Origin: Spirulina sp.
GTDB taxonomy: Bacteria; Cyanobacteriota; Cyanobacteriia; Phormidesmidales; Phormidesmidaceae
Direction: 5' to 3'
DNA length: 64,000 nucleotides
Assembly (NCBI GenBank): GCA_044070495.1
Contig: JBIPSI010000007.1
Coordinates: 96,001 to 160,000, forward strand
The notes under the pieces are model-generated. The model did no database searches. It was not told the origin of the DNA and worked only from the letters and a program-made list of their open reading frames with translations. Of this stretch, positions 37,694-47,585 are shown one piece after another. Positions within the stretch are counted from its first letter, which is position 1; each line of letters opens with the position of its first letter. The translations under genes and the position numbers were made by a program.

Positions 37694-38557
37694 ATGATTT
37701 ACCTAAAACTGCTGCTCACCATGGCCCTGTGGGGGGGCACCTTTATCGCTGGGCGGCTGGTGGTGCAGGAGATGGGAGCCTTCGCGGCGGCATTCTGTCG
37801 GTTTGCGGTGGCAACGCTGGCCTTGGTGGCGCTGACCTATGCGGTAGAAGGAACGTTACCCCGTCCACCCAAACGCCTTTGGTGGTCGCTTTTGGGGCTG
37901 GGGCTGACGGGCATCTTTGCCTACAATGTCTTCTTCTTTTCGGGTCTCAAGACCGTGGAAGCCGGACGGGCCGCGTTGATCATTGCCCTCAACCCGGTGG
38001 CGATTGCGCTGGGGGCGGCAGTGTTTTTTAAAGATCCCCTTACTCCCCGAAAAGGGCTGGGCATCGGCCTCTCGCTACTGGGGGCGGGGGTGGTGATTAG
38101 TGGCGGCAACCCCTTGGCCCTGGTGCGGGGCGAGGTGGGGCGGGGGGAACTGTTTATCCTCGGCTGCGTGGTGAGCTGGATGAGCTATACCCTGCTGGGC
38201 AAACGGGTGATGCAAGACCTTTCGCCCTTTGCGGCCACCACCTACGCCTGTGGGGCGGGGGCGCTGATGCTGCTGGGGCCAGCCCTAGGGGATGGCCTGC
38301 TCACGGTGCTCCCCACCGCTAGCCCCACCGCCTGGGCCAGTATTCTCTACCTGGGCATTTTAGGATCCGCTGTGGGGTTTAGCTGGTACTACGATGGCTT
38401 GAAACACATTGGCCCAGCCCAGGCGGGGGTGTTCATCAACCTGGTGCCTGTGTTTGCGATTCTGTTGGCGGCGGTGATGCTCAACGAAATCCCCTCGCCC
38501 TCGCTGCTGGTGGGCGGGCTGCTGGTGATTCTGGGGGTAGTCCTCACCAACCGTTAG
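37694..38557 (+). CDS. DMT/EamA family transporter
   Basis: About 10 TM; LWGGTFIAG, FINLVPV. Confidence 0.88.
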   Translation: MIYLKLLLTMALWGGTFIAGRLVVQEMGAFAAAFCRFAVATLALVALTYAVEGTLPRPPKRLWWSLLGLGLTGIFAYNVFFFSGLKTVEAGRAALIIALNPVAIALGAAVFFKDPLTPRKGLGIGLSLLGAGVVISGGNPLALVRGEVGRGELFILGCVVSWMSYTLLGKRVMQDLSPFAATTYACGAGALMLLGPALGDGLLTVLPTASPTAWASILYLGILGSAVGFSWYYDGLKHIGPAQAGVFINLVPVFAILLAAVMLNEIPSPSLLVGGLLVILGVVLTNR

Positions 38558-38621
38558 CGACAAAAGATCCCAGGGTTCTTCAAGAACTTTGTGATCTACT
38601 GAGACTATTCAAAACCACTTA

Positions 38622-38752
38622 GAGGACGTTTGAAAAGCCGAAGCTTGTCCCAAGTTATACCGATGAGGTCAGCCTCAGTCGTCAAAAATCCCGTAGATTT
38701 GAACCGATCTAGCGACCAATCGCACCTGAGGCAACCCTTTTCAAACGCCCTC
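38622..38752. mobile_element. MITE family D (IS5-like ends, 3-bp TWA TSD)
   Basis: GAGGACGTTTGAAAAG...CTTTTCAAACGCCCTC flanked by TTA/TTA; inverted copy at 54737-54858. Confidence 0.8.
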
Positions 38753-39062
38753 TTAGCTCGACTTTATCCAATCAGGCGGCATGGCAGAGTAACTCAGTCC
38801 AGGTGTCGAAGATAGGGTGAACATTGTGGGTGAATTGCCTTACGCGAACTGGCTAGAACGATTTGAGACTAAGGTCTACAGCAGGCTAACGGCATAATGC
38901 AGCGGTTGCAGCAAGGCTTGGGAACCCCAGGGATCAAGGGTCAAACCATGGCCTCAACCGATCATCTCCTGGGGGTTTCGGACTGACAGACAAAACCAAA
39001 GAACCAGTACAATGGCTCGATGCGGAGCCAGCTAACAACCTAGATGACCTAACGGGCCTAGC

Positions 39063-40238
39063 CTAGCGAGAGGCCCGCAACAGCAAGTACAGGCCAATGG
39101 CGAGGCCCAGGAAAGTGGGAATCCAAGCCGCCGCAAAGGGAGACACCAAGCCCACTTCCCCCATGGCATTGGTAATAAAGGACAGCAGGTAGTAGCCAAA
39201 AATAATCACAATGCTGATGCCAAAGCTGGTGGCGCGGCTGGTGCGCTGGGGCAACACCCCAATGGAGGATCCCACCAGCCCAAACACCACACAGACAAAG
39301 GGCAGGGCATATTTTTGATGAATCCGAATTTGCCAGCGGCGAATTTTCTTTTCGTCGCCGCTTTGGCGCACCAGTTCAAGCTGCTGGGTGGCCTCCGCAA
39401 TGTTCATTTCTGTATCGTTTTTGGTGCGGCTAGCCAGGTCTAGGGGAGTGCGGGGCAGTTGCAATGCCTGGGTTTCAAAGGTGACGATGTTGCGGAAGGA
39501 TCCATCGGGGGCCACCACGTAGATGGTGCCGTTGTAGAAGGTCCAAACGTTGTTTTGCACATCCCAGGTGGCGCTCTCGGCACTCACCACTTGGTTCAGC
39601 CCCGCCTGGGAAAAGTCGAGGATGGTGAGCCCGTGCATGGTGGTGCCATCGAATCGGCGGGCATAGAACTGGCGCTTGAGTTCTTGGGCGGCGGGATTAT
39701 CGGCGGCGGGCTGGAATTCTTGGTAAAAAATGTTGCGTTCTTGAAAGGGGGGACGCTCGGAGTTTAGGGCCTGCTCTAGGGTGATAGCGGCTCGATAGTT
39801 GGCGGCAGGGGTGATTAGTTCGTTAAACAAAAACGTCAACCCCGTCACCAGCAAACTCAGCACCACCGCCGGAGCAATAATCCGCCGAATACTGACCCCC
39901 ACCCCTTGCAGGGCAATCAGTTCGCTGTCGCTGGAGAAGCGGCTGTAGGTCATCATCGTGGCCAGCAGGGTAGACATGGGAAAGGCCAGCACGATGAATT
40001 CTGGCAGCTTGAGCAGAAAAATTTGGGCCGCTAGGGTGATGGAAAGACCCGACTCGGTGATGCGGCGAATCAGCTCAAATAAGGCCCCAATGGAAATGCC
40101 GATGGAGGAAAACGCCCCCACCCCAAACAAAAACGGCAGGGTTAGTTCCTTGGCAATGTATCGATCCATGATGGCGATGCGGGGCCACCAGGATCGAGGT
40201 TGAGAAAATTGCCGAGAGGGGGAAGAAGCCGTTGCCAT
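39063..40238 (-). CDS. LptF/LptG (YjgP/YjgQ) LPS export permease
   Basis: IMDRYIAKEL, SSDSELIAL..GVS, KYALPF; operon with lptA and lptB. Confidence 0.9.
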   Translation of the reverse strand: MATASSPSRQFSQPRSWWPRIAIMDRYIAKELTLPFLFGVGAFSSIGISIGALFELIRRITESGLSITLAAQIFLLKLPEFIVLAFPMSTLLATMMTYSRFSSDSELIALQGVGVSIRRIIAPAVVLSLLVTGLTFLFNELITPAANYRAAITLEQALNSERPPFQERNIFYQEFQPAADNPAAQELKRQFYARRFDGTTMHGLTILDFSQAGLNQVVSAESATWDVQNNVWTFYNGTIYVVAPDGSFRNIVTFETQALQLPRTPLDLASRTKNDTEMNIAEATQQLELVRQSGDEKKIRRWQIRIHQKYALPFVCVVFGLVGSSIGVLPQRTSRATSFGISIVIIFGYYLLSFITNAMGEVGLVSPFAAAWIPTFLGLAIGLYLLLRASR

Positions 40239-40297
40239 AGCGCCAAAGGAAAGGACATCAACACAGAGAAAGGCTAGGAATTGAAGCTACCCCCAGC

Positions 40298-41026
40298 CTA
40301 AAGGGAGAAATCGTTGCCGAGGTAATGCTCGCGCACAAGGGGATTTTGGTAGAGGTCGTCGGCACTGCCAGCGGCCAAAATTTGCCCGTCACTCATGATG
40401 TAGGCTCGGTCGATAATGCGCAGGGTTTCGCGCACATTGTGGTCGGTAATCAGAATGCCCATGTCCCGATCCCGTAGCTTGGCCACAATGGTCTGAATTT
40501 CCGCCACGGCGATGGGATCGACCCCGGCAAAGGGTTCATCGAGGAACAGAAACTTTGGCCCATCCGTCCCCGATGCCAGGGAACGGGCCAGTTCCGTCCG
40601 CCGCCGTTCGCCACCAGAGACCTGAATCCCCAGGGTATTCGCCACCTTTTCTAGCCGGAATTCCTTCAGCAGACGATGCAGACGCTCCTCGTGTTCCTCC
40701 AAGGGTACGCGGGTTTGTTGCAGCACCAACCGGATATTATCCGCCACCGACAGATTGCGGAAAATGCTGGCCTCCTGGGCGAGGTAGCCAATGCCCAGCC
40801 TCGCCCGCTGGTGCATGGGCAGGTCGGTAATGTCAATCTGGTCGAGACAAACCCGTCCTTGATCGGGACGTTCTAGGCCCGTGGCCATGTAGAAAGTCGT
40901 GGTTTTCCCGGCTCCATTCGGCCCCAGCAGGCCAACAATCTCCCCTTGGGCTACCGACAGGCTCACCCGGTTTACCACCTGGCGCTTGCCGTAAATTTTT
41001 TGTACGTTGTCCAAAACAATTTTCAA
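40298..41026 (-). CDS. lptB: LPS export ABC ATPase LptB
   Basis: GPNGAGKTT, SGGERRRTE, LDEPFAGVDP, ITDHNVRETL, YLG. Confidence 0.95.
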   Translation of the reverse strand: MKIVLDNVQKIYGKRQVVNRVSLSVAQGEIVGLLGPNGAGKTTTFYMATGLERPDQGRVCLDQIDITDLPMHQRARLGIGYLAQEASIFRNLSVADNIRLVLQQTRVPLEEHEERLHRLLKEFRLEKVANTLGIQVSGGERRRTELARSLASGTDGPKFLFLDEPFAGVDPIAVAEIQTIVAKLRDRDMGILITDHNVRETLRIIDRAYIMSDGQILAAGSADDLYQNPLVREHYLGNDFSL

Positions 41027-41114
41027 GGGAGCCTAGGCAGATAAAGAGCAGATAGCGCTTGAAAAATTGTATCAAAGCCCGCTGGCCATCGGCGGCGGTG
41101 GCCAGCGAACCAGC

Positions 41115-41675
41115 CTAGCGCCCTAGGGGTTGGCTACGTGGGACAGGGGTGGATGGGGCGGGGAAGGAATCGCGGTCGGAATTTTCGCGGTCGGAACTTT
41201 GCGTAGCGGGGCCAACCTCTAAAACGGCGGGTGGGGTTGGCGGGGCTACCCGATTCGGGCCAGCGGGGGCTGGGCTAGACTGGGCTGCCGGTAGCTGATA
41301 GATGGTTTCCACCTGTTCACTAGGGCGGGGAGCCGCCACAAAACGCCCTTCATCGATCAGGTAGGTGACCACCTCGGCCCGCAGGGTGTTGCCCTGCTGG
41401 TCCACAAACACATTGCCGCTGAGGACAATCCGCCGCTCATTGCTGTAGTAGTCGGCCTGGGCGGAGGTCGCCCGAATTTGCTGGGCAGGGTAGTCAATCT
41501 GCACATTACCCCGGGCGGTGATGATACCCGTGTTGGTATTGGCCTCCTGGATGTCGGAGCGCAGGGTGATGGTGTCTTGGGCTTGGGCCACGGTCGCCCA
41601 GGGACGCACGCCCCCTAGGGAGAGAACCCCAGCCAAGGGCAGAATGAACCACCGCCGCTTCAGGATATGCCTCAT
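41115..41675 (-). CDS. LptA/OstA family protein
   Basis: Signal peptide, TLRSDIQEAN...ARGNVQI...IVLSGNV; start at MRHIL. Confidence 0.85.
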   Translation of the reverse strand: MRHILKRRWFILPLAGVLSLGGVRPWATVAQAQDTITLRSDIQEANTNTGIITARGNVQIDYPAQQIRATSAQADYYSNERRIVLSGNVFVDQQGNTLRAEVVTYLIDEGRFVAAPRPSEQVETIYQLPAAQSSPAPAGPNRVAPPTPPAVLEVGPATQSSDRENSDRDSFPAPSTPVPRSQPLGR

Positions 41676-42116
41676 TGCTACAACCTGATCTCCTGACGTT
41701 CTATATCTGACAACGTAATCTGACAACGTAATTTGATACCGCAAGCCAATCCCACCATGGGAAACCCCATCCCATCGGATTAGGCGATAGGGCAACTTGA
41801 GCGTAGGCCGCATTGTCGCCTCAATCTTAGCTTAGCCGGGGGCTTCCTTCGTTAGATCCACCCAAGTTCCAGAGGATCATCTGGTCTAGGGGCCTGCCTG
41901 TTGGGCGATGCTGCAACGTAAAACCAAAGTAAAAAACCCTAAAATCCTACTAAGATTTCAGGGTTTCTAAATTACACACGCTATCAGCTTGCCAAGATGA
42001 GATCACGATCCTGCAACAAAGCCTCGAATACTCGAAAGAACCCACACTAAATAAGCTTAGAGAATGATCCGTAGCTGTGTTCTCTAGAGGGCTAATGCGC
42101 TGGAGGATAGGTTAGG

Positions 42117-42248
42117 CTACCTTCTAGGCTCTTTTACAGGAATGGGGATGAGTTCTGGCTCCTGTTGAACGTCTGGCCCAAGCAGTGCATCGATGATGCC
42201 GTCAATCCACTCACGCAGCTTTTCGAGAGCCTTTTCGATGTAATCCAT
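42117..42248 (-). CDS. 43-aa small protein
   Basis: AAGGAG RBS; MDYIEKALEKLREWIDGIIDALLGPDVQQEPELIPIPVKEPRR; amphipathic helix and Pro-rich tail; below the ORF-track cutoff. Confidence 0.7.
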   Translation of the reverse strand: MDYIEKALEKLREWIDGIIDALLGPDVQQEPELIPIPVKEPRR

Positions 42249-42382
42249 TAGGGCCTAACTCCTTACTGGAATGCGATGGTCAGGTGTGCCGCTTCTCAAA
42301 GCTCACCATAGCACGACCTTCCGCCCCGCAATTTATACATAAACCTATCATAACCAAATGACGTAAATGATCAAGGAAATTG

Positions 42383-43633
42383 TCACAGGAGATGACGACG
42401 GAGTAGGTCGAGGGCGGTGCAGGCGCTGAGGTGACGCACCCAGTCGCGACCTCGGAAGGCGGCAAACTCGTACCTTTTGCTGATCACCTCGCCCGTCGGG
42501 AACGCTAGCCCAATATAAACGAGGCCAACGGGTTTGGTGTCGGTGCCACCGCCAGGGCCAGCAATTCCGGTAATGCTCAAGGCCCAGTCGGTTTGTAGGG
42601 CAGATTTAGCGCCCAGGGCCATCTGTTCAGCCACGATGGCACTCACGGCTCCCTCGGTTTCTAGCACCGTGGGATCGACCTGGAGCAGGTTGGTTTTAAT
42701 GCGATTGTCGTAGGCGATGATGCCGCCCCAGAAGTAGGCGGAACTGCCTGCTACGGTGGTGAGCATGTGCCCTAGACCGCCCCCGGTGCAGGATTCTGCG
42801 ACCGCCAAGGTTTGCTGCTTTTGCTGGAGAAAATCCCCCACCACCGAGGCCAGAGAATCGCCATCGACCCCGTAGCAGTCGTCGCCCAACAGAGCGCGAA
42901 TGCCCTGCTCGACGGGGTGAATCAGGGCCACGGCTTCGGCGATGGTGGGTGCTTTGGCGGAAATGCGCAGTTTGGCTTCGCCGTGGCTGGCGTAGGGGGC
43001 CACGGTGGGGTTGCTGAGGTTGAGGTAGTCGCTCACCCGTTCGGCCATGCCCGATTCACTGATGCCCCAACAGCGCACCATGCGGCTCACGATGGTGTCT
43101 TGCACCCAGCCGTGGTTTTTCAGGTAGGGCACGGAGGTCTCTTGCCACATGGCCTTCATTTCGCTGGGCACGCCGGGGAAGGTCATGATCAGCAGCCCCG
43201 GTCGGGGTTCCCAGATCACGCCTGGGGCGGTGCCGGTGCGGTTGGGCAACACGTCGGCCCCCGCTGGCAACAGGGCCTGCTTGCGGTTGCTGGGAGTCAT
43301 CACGCGGCCCCGGCTGACAAACTTGGCCTCGATATCGGCCACAATTTCGGGACGTTCCACCAGGGGCGTGCCAAAAAAGTCCGCCAGGGTCTCGATGGTC
43401 AAATCATCAGGCGTGGGGCCAAGGCCACCCGTAAATAGGATGAGGTTCGACCGTTCGCAGGCCATCGCCACCACCTGCTGAATTCGGGCCGGATTGTCGC
43501 CCACCACGGTTTGAAAAAAGTGGGCAATACCCAGCCCCGCTAGCTCCTGGGCCAAATATTGGGCGTTGCTGTTGAGAATATCCCCCAGCAGCAGCTCGGT
43601 GCCCACACAAATTAACTCGGCGCTTTTGCCCAT
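42383..43633 (-). CDS. cinA: Competence/damage-inducible protein CinA
   Basis: VGTELLLG, TGGLGPTPDD, PGVPSEM, AVAESCTGG, SITGIAGPGG. Confidence 0.93.
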   Translation of the reverse strand: MGKSAELICVGTELLLGDILNSNAQYLAQELAGLGIAHFFQTVVGDNPARIQQVVAMACERSNLILFTGGLGPTPDDLTIETLADFFGTPLVERPEIVADIEAKFVSRGRVMTPSNRKQALLPAGADVLPNRTGTAPGVIWEPRPGLLIMTFPGVPSEMKAMWQETSVPYLKNHGWVQDTIVSRMVRCWGISESGMAERVSDYLNLSNPTVAPYASHGEAKLRISAKAPTIAEAVALIHPVEQGIRALLGDDCYGVDGDSLASVVGDFLQQKQQTLAVAESCTGGGLGHMLTTVAGSSAYFWGGIIAYDNRIKTNLLQVDPTVLETEGAVSAIVAEQMALGAKSALQTDWALSITGIAGPGGGTDTKPVGLVYIGLAFPTGEVISKRYEFAAFRGRDWVRHLSACTALDLLRRHLL

Positions 43634-43731
43634 GGCTAAATCCAACGTCCTTGGCCGTTTATAGAGGTGAATGTTGAGGATGAACCTTTATTGTGCGGCG
43701 GCGGCGGCCCGGTGTCATCTCTATCAATGGG

Positions 43732-43905
43732 CTGGTTGACTGACACAAGTTTATGGCCCACCCTGCGGGAAGCAAGCTACACCCCCAACCCCTCTCCCAG
43801 AGGGCGAGGGGAGCCGATCCAGTTTTCCAGTTCCCTCTCCCCGTGGGAGAGGGCTAGGGTGAGGGCTTTCGAGGATCTGGCTAGCAAGTTTTGTCAGTCA
43901 ACCAG
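43732..43905. mobile_element. 174-bp MITE family B shell with different (CCCTCTCCC hairpin) cargo
   Basis: Same CTGGTTGACTGACA / TGTCAGTCAACCAG TIRs; flanks ATCAATGGG / ATCAACGGG. Confidence 0.85.
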
Positions 43906-43966
43906 ATCAACGGGTTTCGCGACTGGGGTTAGGACTGGGTTCGCAACTAGAGTGAGGATTTTAGAG

Positions 43967-45172
43967 CTAGAGATAGCCCATGGGATTGACCGGGTTGCCG
44001 TTTTGGCGCACTTCAAAATGCAGGTGCGGCCCCGTGGAGAGGCCCGTGGATCCGATGGCGGCAATAGCTTGGCCCTGCTGCACCGCTTGCCCTTCCTGCA
44101 CAAACAGACGGCTACAGTGGGCATAGAGGGTGGTGAGGCCACCGCCGTGGTCGATGATCACCGCTTGGCCATAGCCGCCGTACCAGCCGGAGAAAATCAC
44201 CTGGCCCGAATCGGCGGCATAGATGGTGGTGCCCTGGGGGGCGGCAAAGTCTACGCCGCCATGGAAGCGGCTGTAGCCCAGGATGGGATGAACCCGGTTG
44301 CCAAAGCCGCTAGAAATCCGGGCATTGGACGGAAATACAAACCGTCCTGTCCCCCGCACCGCGCCGGATTGGGTGGCGAGTTTTTGGCGAATCAGGTTGG
44401 CAATTTGATCGGATTCCCTGGCCAGTTGGGCCTCCGCCGCCTCCAGGGCCGACTGGCGTTCCTGCAGGCGGGTGATCAGTTGTTTCTCTTCGCTGGCCTC
44501 GGCTTCGTACATTTGTTTTTGGGAGAGCAACTGTTGCCGCAGCAGGGCTACCTGATTTTTCTGATCCTCCACAACGGCCTTTTGCTGTTGGATGGCATCG
44601 GCCTTCACCTTGAGGTCTTGCAACACCTGCCGATCCGCCCCGTAGACCCGCTTGAGTTGATATTGTCGGTCGAGGAATTCGTTGAAATCTTGGCTTTGCA
44701 GCAGCACCGCCCAGCCCTCGCTGCCCTGCTGTCGCTGGAGGAACTGAAGACGGGCCACGGTGGCGGTGCGCACGTTTTCGTAGTCGGCCTCCGCCTGTTG
44801 TAGATCGGCCTCTAGCTGCTGTAATTCTTGCTCGGCCTTGGCGAGCCGATATTCCGTTTCGGTGATTTGGTTGGCGGTGTAGACAATGCTGCGCTCTAGG
44901 GTTTCTAGGTTGGCCTCCGAGGTAGTTTGGCGACCCTCCAGTTCGGTCTGCTGCTGCTGAAGCTGTTGCCGCTGTTGTTCTAGGGTTCTTTGCTGTTGCT
45001 CTAAATCCTGCACCGACTGGGCGATCAAGACGGGCGGATGCTCCATTGGCCCCTGGGCCATGCCTGGATCCAGCCTCCCCAGCCCCAGCCAAAGAACGGC
45101 ACAGGCCAGTCCCAGACCCCACCAGCGCAGGACGGAGGATAATCTTTGTGGACGCTTACCTCGTTGGGTCAT
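43967..45172 (-). CDS. EnvC-like coiled-coil + M23 murein hydrolase activator/peptidase
   Basis: Long coiled coil, then FHGGVDF...LYAH...GPHLHFEVR. Confidence 0.9.
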   Translation of the reverse strand: MTQRGKRPQRLSSVLRWWGLGLACAVLWLGLGRLDPGMAQGPMEHPPVLIAQSVQDLEQQQRTLEQQRQQLQQQQTELEGRQTTSEANLETLERSIVYTANQITETEYRLAKAEQELQQLEADLQQAEADYENVRTATVARLQFLQRQQGSEGWAVLLQSQDFNEFLDRQYQLKRVYGADRQVLQDLKVKADAIQQQKAVVEDQKNQVALLRQQLLSQKQMYEAEASEEKQLITRLQERQSALEAAEAQLARESDQIANLIRQKLATQSGAVRGTGRFVFPSNARISSGFGNRVHPILGYSRFHGGVDFAAPQGTTIYAADSGQVIFSGWYGGYGQAVIIDHGGGLTTLYAHCSRLFVQEGQAVQQGQAIAAIGSTGLSTGPHLHFEVRQNGNPVNPMGYL

Positions 45173-45193
45173 CCTCGGTTTCACCGTTGTTGC

Positions 45194-45817
45194 CTATCCA
45201 AACCCTAGGGCGATTAAGGCCACCAGGCCGAAGCCAAAAATAGCGGCCCCAGCCAATCGATTTAACCAGATCAATCGCGATGGGGTGAGGTAGGGTCTAA
45301 AAAACGTAACGCCCCAACTGAGGCACACCCACCACAGAGCCGACCCCAAAAACACCCCCAGCACTAGCGCCAGCGCCCCACCCTGTCCTGGGCCAGCGGA
45401 CACCAGCCCCAGCCCCGCAAAAATGGCAAAAAACGACAAAATGGTAGCAGGGTTCGTCAGGGTGAGCAAAAAGGTAGATCCGTAGGCCCCTAGCAAACCC
45501 CGTCCGGTGAGGGGGGCGGCCTCGGTGGCGGGGGTGGATCGGGCCGTGGCCCAACCCAAATAACAGAGAAACAGCCCCCCCAAAAGCTGGAGCACCTGCG
45601 CCTGATTGATTAGCCGATCCGACACCGCCGTTAGCCCAAATCCGGCAATGGCCCCATAGAGACCATCCGCCGTGGCTGCCCCCAGCCCCGTGGCCAGACC
45701 AATCCAGCGCCCCTGGGCGAGGGAACGGCGAATGCACAGCAACCCAATTGGCCCCACGGGCGCGGCAATCGCCAACCCCATCCCCATCCCCTTTAGCACT
45801 GTCATCCATCCGGTCAT
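45194..45817 (-). CDS. LysE family translocator
   Basis: IAAPVGPIGLL, GLGAATAD, LTLTNP. Confidence 0.9.
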   Translation of the reverse strand: MTGWMTVLKGMGMGLAIAAPVGPIGLLCIRRSLAQGRWIGLATGLGAATADGLYGAIAGFGLTAVSDRLINQAQVLQLLGGLFLCYLGWATARSTPATEAAPLTGRGLLGAYGSTFLLTLTNPATILSFFAIFAGLGLVSAGPGQGGALALVLGVFLGSALWWVCLSWGVTFFRPYLTPSRLIWLNRLAGAAIFGFGLVALIALGFG

Positions 45818-45864
45818 TCTGCCCTCTTCTTAAAGTCTGTTCTGTTAGTTGTTAGCCTGCGCCC

Positions 45865-46476
45865 ATGCATACTCTGCTCATCCATGGTTTGGCCCGTACC
45901 TCGTTCTCCCTGGCGTTCCTAGAACGTCGTCTGCGTCGCGCCGGACACCACACCGAAACCTTTAACTATTTCGCCTTTGCCGAAGACTTTGATGCCATTG
46001 CCCAGCGATTAAACCACACCCTGCAAGCCCTGGCCCACCGTGGCCCCTATGGTGTGGTGGGTCATTCCCTCGGTGGCGTGCTCACCCGTGCCGCCCTGGG
46101 CTTAGAATCGGTGGCCGAACTGCCGCACCATGTGGTGATGCTAGGCACCCCCAACCAGCCCCCCCGATTGGCCCCCCTAGCCTGGAACCTGTTGCCCTTT
46201 CAATGGTTTACAGGGCAATGTGGCCGCAACCTTACCTGCCAGCAGTTCTATGCCAGTTTGCCAGCGCTAACCAGCCCCTACACCATCGTGGCGGGGACGG
46301 GTGGCCCCACTGGCCCCCTCAGCCCCTTCGGCGAAGACATCAATGACGGCATCGTCGCCCTGTCAGAAACCTACATGACCCCCCACGACACCATCGTGCA
46401 GGTGCCCGCTTGGCACACGTTTATGATGAACCATCCCCAGGTGCAAGAGGTTGTCCTAAACGCCCTAGCTGACTGA
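45865..46476 (+). CDS. Alpha/beta-hydrolase (lipase/esterase-like)
   Basis: LIHGL, VGHSLGG nucleophile elbow, LGTPN, NDGIV, HTFMM. Confidence 0.85.
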   Translation: MHTLLIHGLARTSFSLAFLERRLRRAGHHTETFNYFAFAEDFDAIAQRLNHTLQALAHRGPYGVVGHSLGGVLTRAALGLESVAELPHHVVMLGTPNQPPRLAPLAWNLLPFQWFTGQCGRNLTCQQFYASLPALTSPYTIVAGTGGPTGPLSPFGEDINDGIVALSETYMTPHDTIVQVPAWHTFMMNHPQVQEVVLNALAD

Positions 46477-46497
46477 TGACGGCATGATGTGGCTTAA

Positions 46498-46992
46498 TTA
46501 CAGCCCTGGTGGATTATTCAAAATCTGAAGAAGCTTGCTGAAAAATCTTTCAGGATTTTTGTGTATGTGATTTTGAGCGTATTCGATCACGGCATGATCC
46601 TTGTGCCCTCCAGCTTTCTCTACATCATGCCAATACATCTCTAGCTCACGATGATCACAAAAATCATAGGTAAAAATATCGACATCTTCATGGATTCCAG
46701 TGATTTCAAACTCCACGATCTTCCAGTCTTCGGCCATTTCCTCTAAATAGCTATCAGGATGCAAGCCTTGAGCATCCACATAAATAGCTTGATTCTTTTT
46801 ATGGCTATACACCCCTGCCATGCAGTGAATGCACACCCAATCGAAATCTTTGTCATGGGTTCGAGTGCCTATCGCTGTGGCTAATTGCAGATCGCAATGA
46901 GGATAGATATTCTGTATTTCTTGGCAAACTGCATAGGCAAAATTAAAACATTGTCCATTTAAGAAATCTGGCATTTGTGTTTTGCTGAACAA
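46498..46992 (-). CDS. AT-rich orphan protein with a possible transglutaminase/papain-like Cys-His-Asp triad
   Basis: NGQCFNFAYA...CIHC...YVDAQG; visibly lower GC than neighbours; start uncertain. Confidence 0.5.
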   Translation of the reverse strand: MFSKTQMPDFLNGQCFNFAYAVCQEIQNIYPHCDLQLATAIGTRTHDKDFDWVCIHCMAGVYSHKKNQAIYVDAQGLHPDSYLEEMAEDWKIVEFEITGIHEDVDIFTYDFCDHRELEMYWHDVEKAGGHKDHAVIEYAQNHIHKNPERFFSKLLQILNNPPGL

Positions 46993-47087
46993 ATGAAATC
47001 AAATCGACTACACAAACCGCCGCCCCCCCGCTGGGCAATCTGCCACAATGGAGAGCGACGCCACCGCCCGACCCAGGAGAGCCGTTC

Positions 47088-47525
47088 ATGACCATCGACA
47101 CCGCCGTCACTCGGCACCACCAACAGATCCTCACCCTCCGCAGCCAGGGCAAAGCGCTCCTGCGGTTTACGTCCCAGGTGCAGGAAGTGGTGCGGGCATC
47201 GGGGGTAACGACAGGGCTGTGTACGGTGTTTTTGCGCCACACCTCCGCCAGCTTGATCATTCAAGAAAACGCCGACCCAGACGTGCTGGCGGATTTGGAA
47301 ACCTTCCTCTCGCGGCTGGTGCCGGAGGGCAACCACTATCGCCACAGCACCGAAGGCCCCGACGACATGCCCGCCCACATTCGCACCGTGCTTACCCACA
47401 CCTCAGAGACCATCCCCATCGTGCAGGGGCGGCTGGCCCTAGGCACTTGGCAGGGGCTCTACCTGTGGGAGCACCGGGCGCGGGGTTCGGCCCGTGAGGT
47501 GGTGGTGCATGTGACGGGCTACTAG
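47088..47525 (+). CDS. YjbQ/UPF0047 family protein
   Basis: HTSASLIIQENADPDV, EGPDDMPAHIR, LGTWQG. Confidence 0.92.
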   Translation: MTIDTAVTRHHQQILTLRSQGKALLRFTSQVQEVVRASGVTTGLCTVFLRHTSASLIIQENADPDVLADLETFLSRLVPEGNHYRHSTEGPDDMPAHIRTVLTHTSETIPIVQGRLALGTWQGLYLWEHRARGSAREVVVHVTGY

Positions 47526-47585
47526 GCTGGAGGATAAACCGTACTGCGTTGGCCACCGTTAGATAACGTTAGGCCTGAGAAACCG

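Noticed and set aside
38655..38690. Hammerhead ribozyme (CCGATGAG...)
   Set aside because: No CUGANGA core or correctly placed GAAA; the sequence is MITE interior.
41705..41732. ATCTGACAACGTA tandem duplication upstream of lptA as an operator
   Set aside because: Only two copies and no match to a motif I know; may be a simple slippage duplication.
43667..45122. Long alternative ORFs (43667-44803 +, 44310-45122 -) and similar shadows such as 1066-1770 and 48939-49586
   Set aside because: Antisense or off-frame shadows of well-supported genes in GC-rich DNA, with no motifs.
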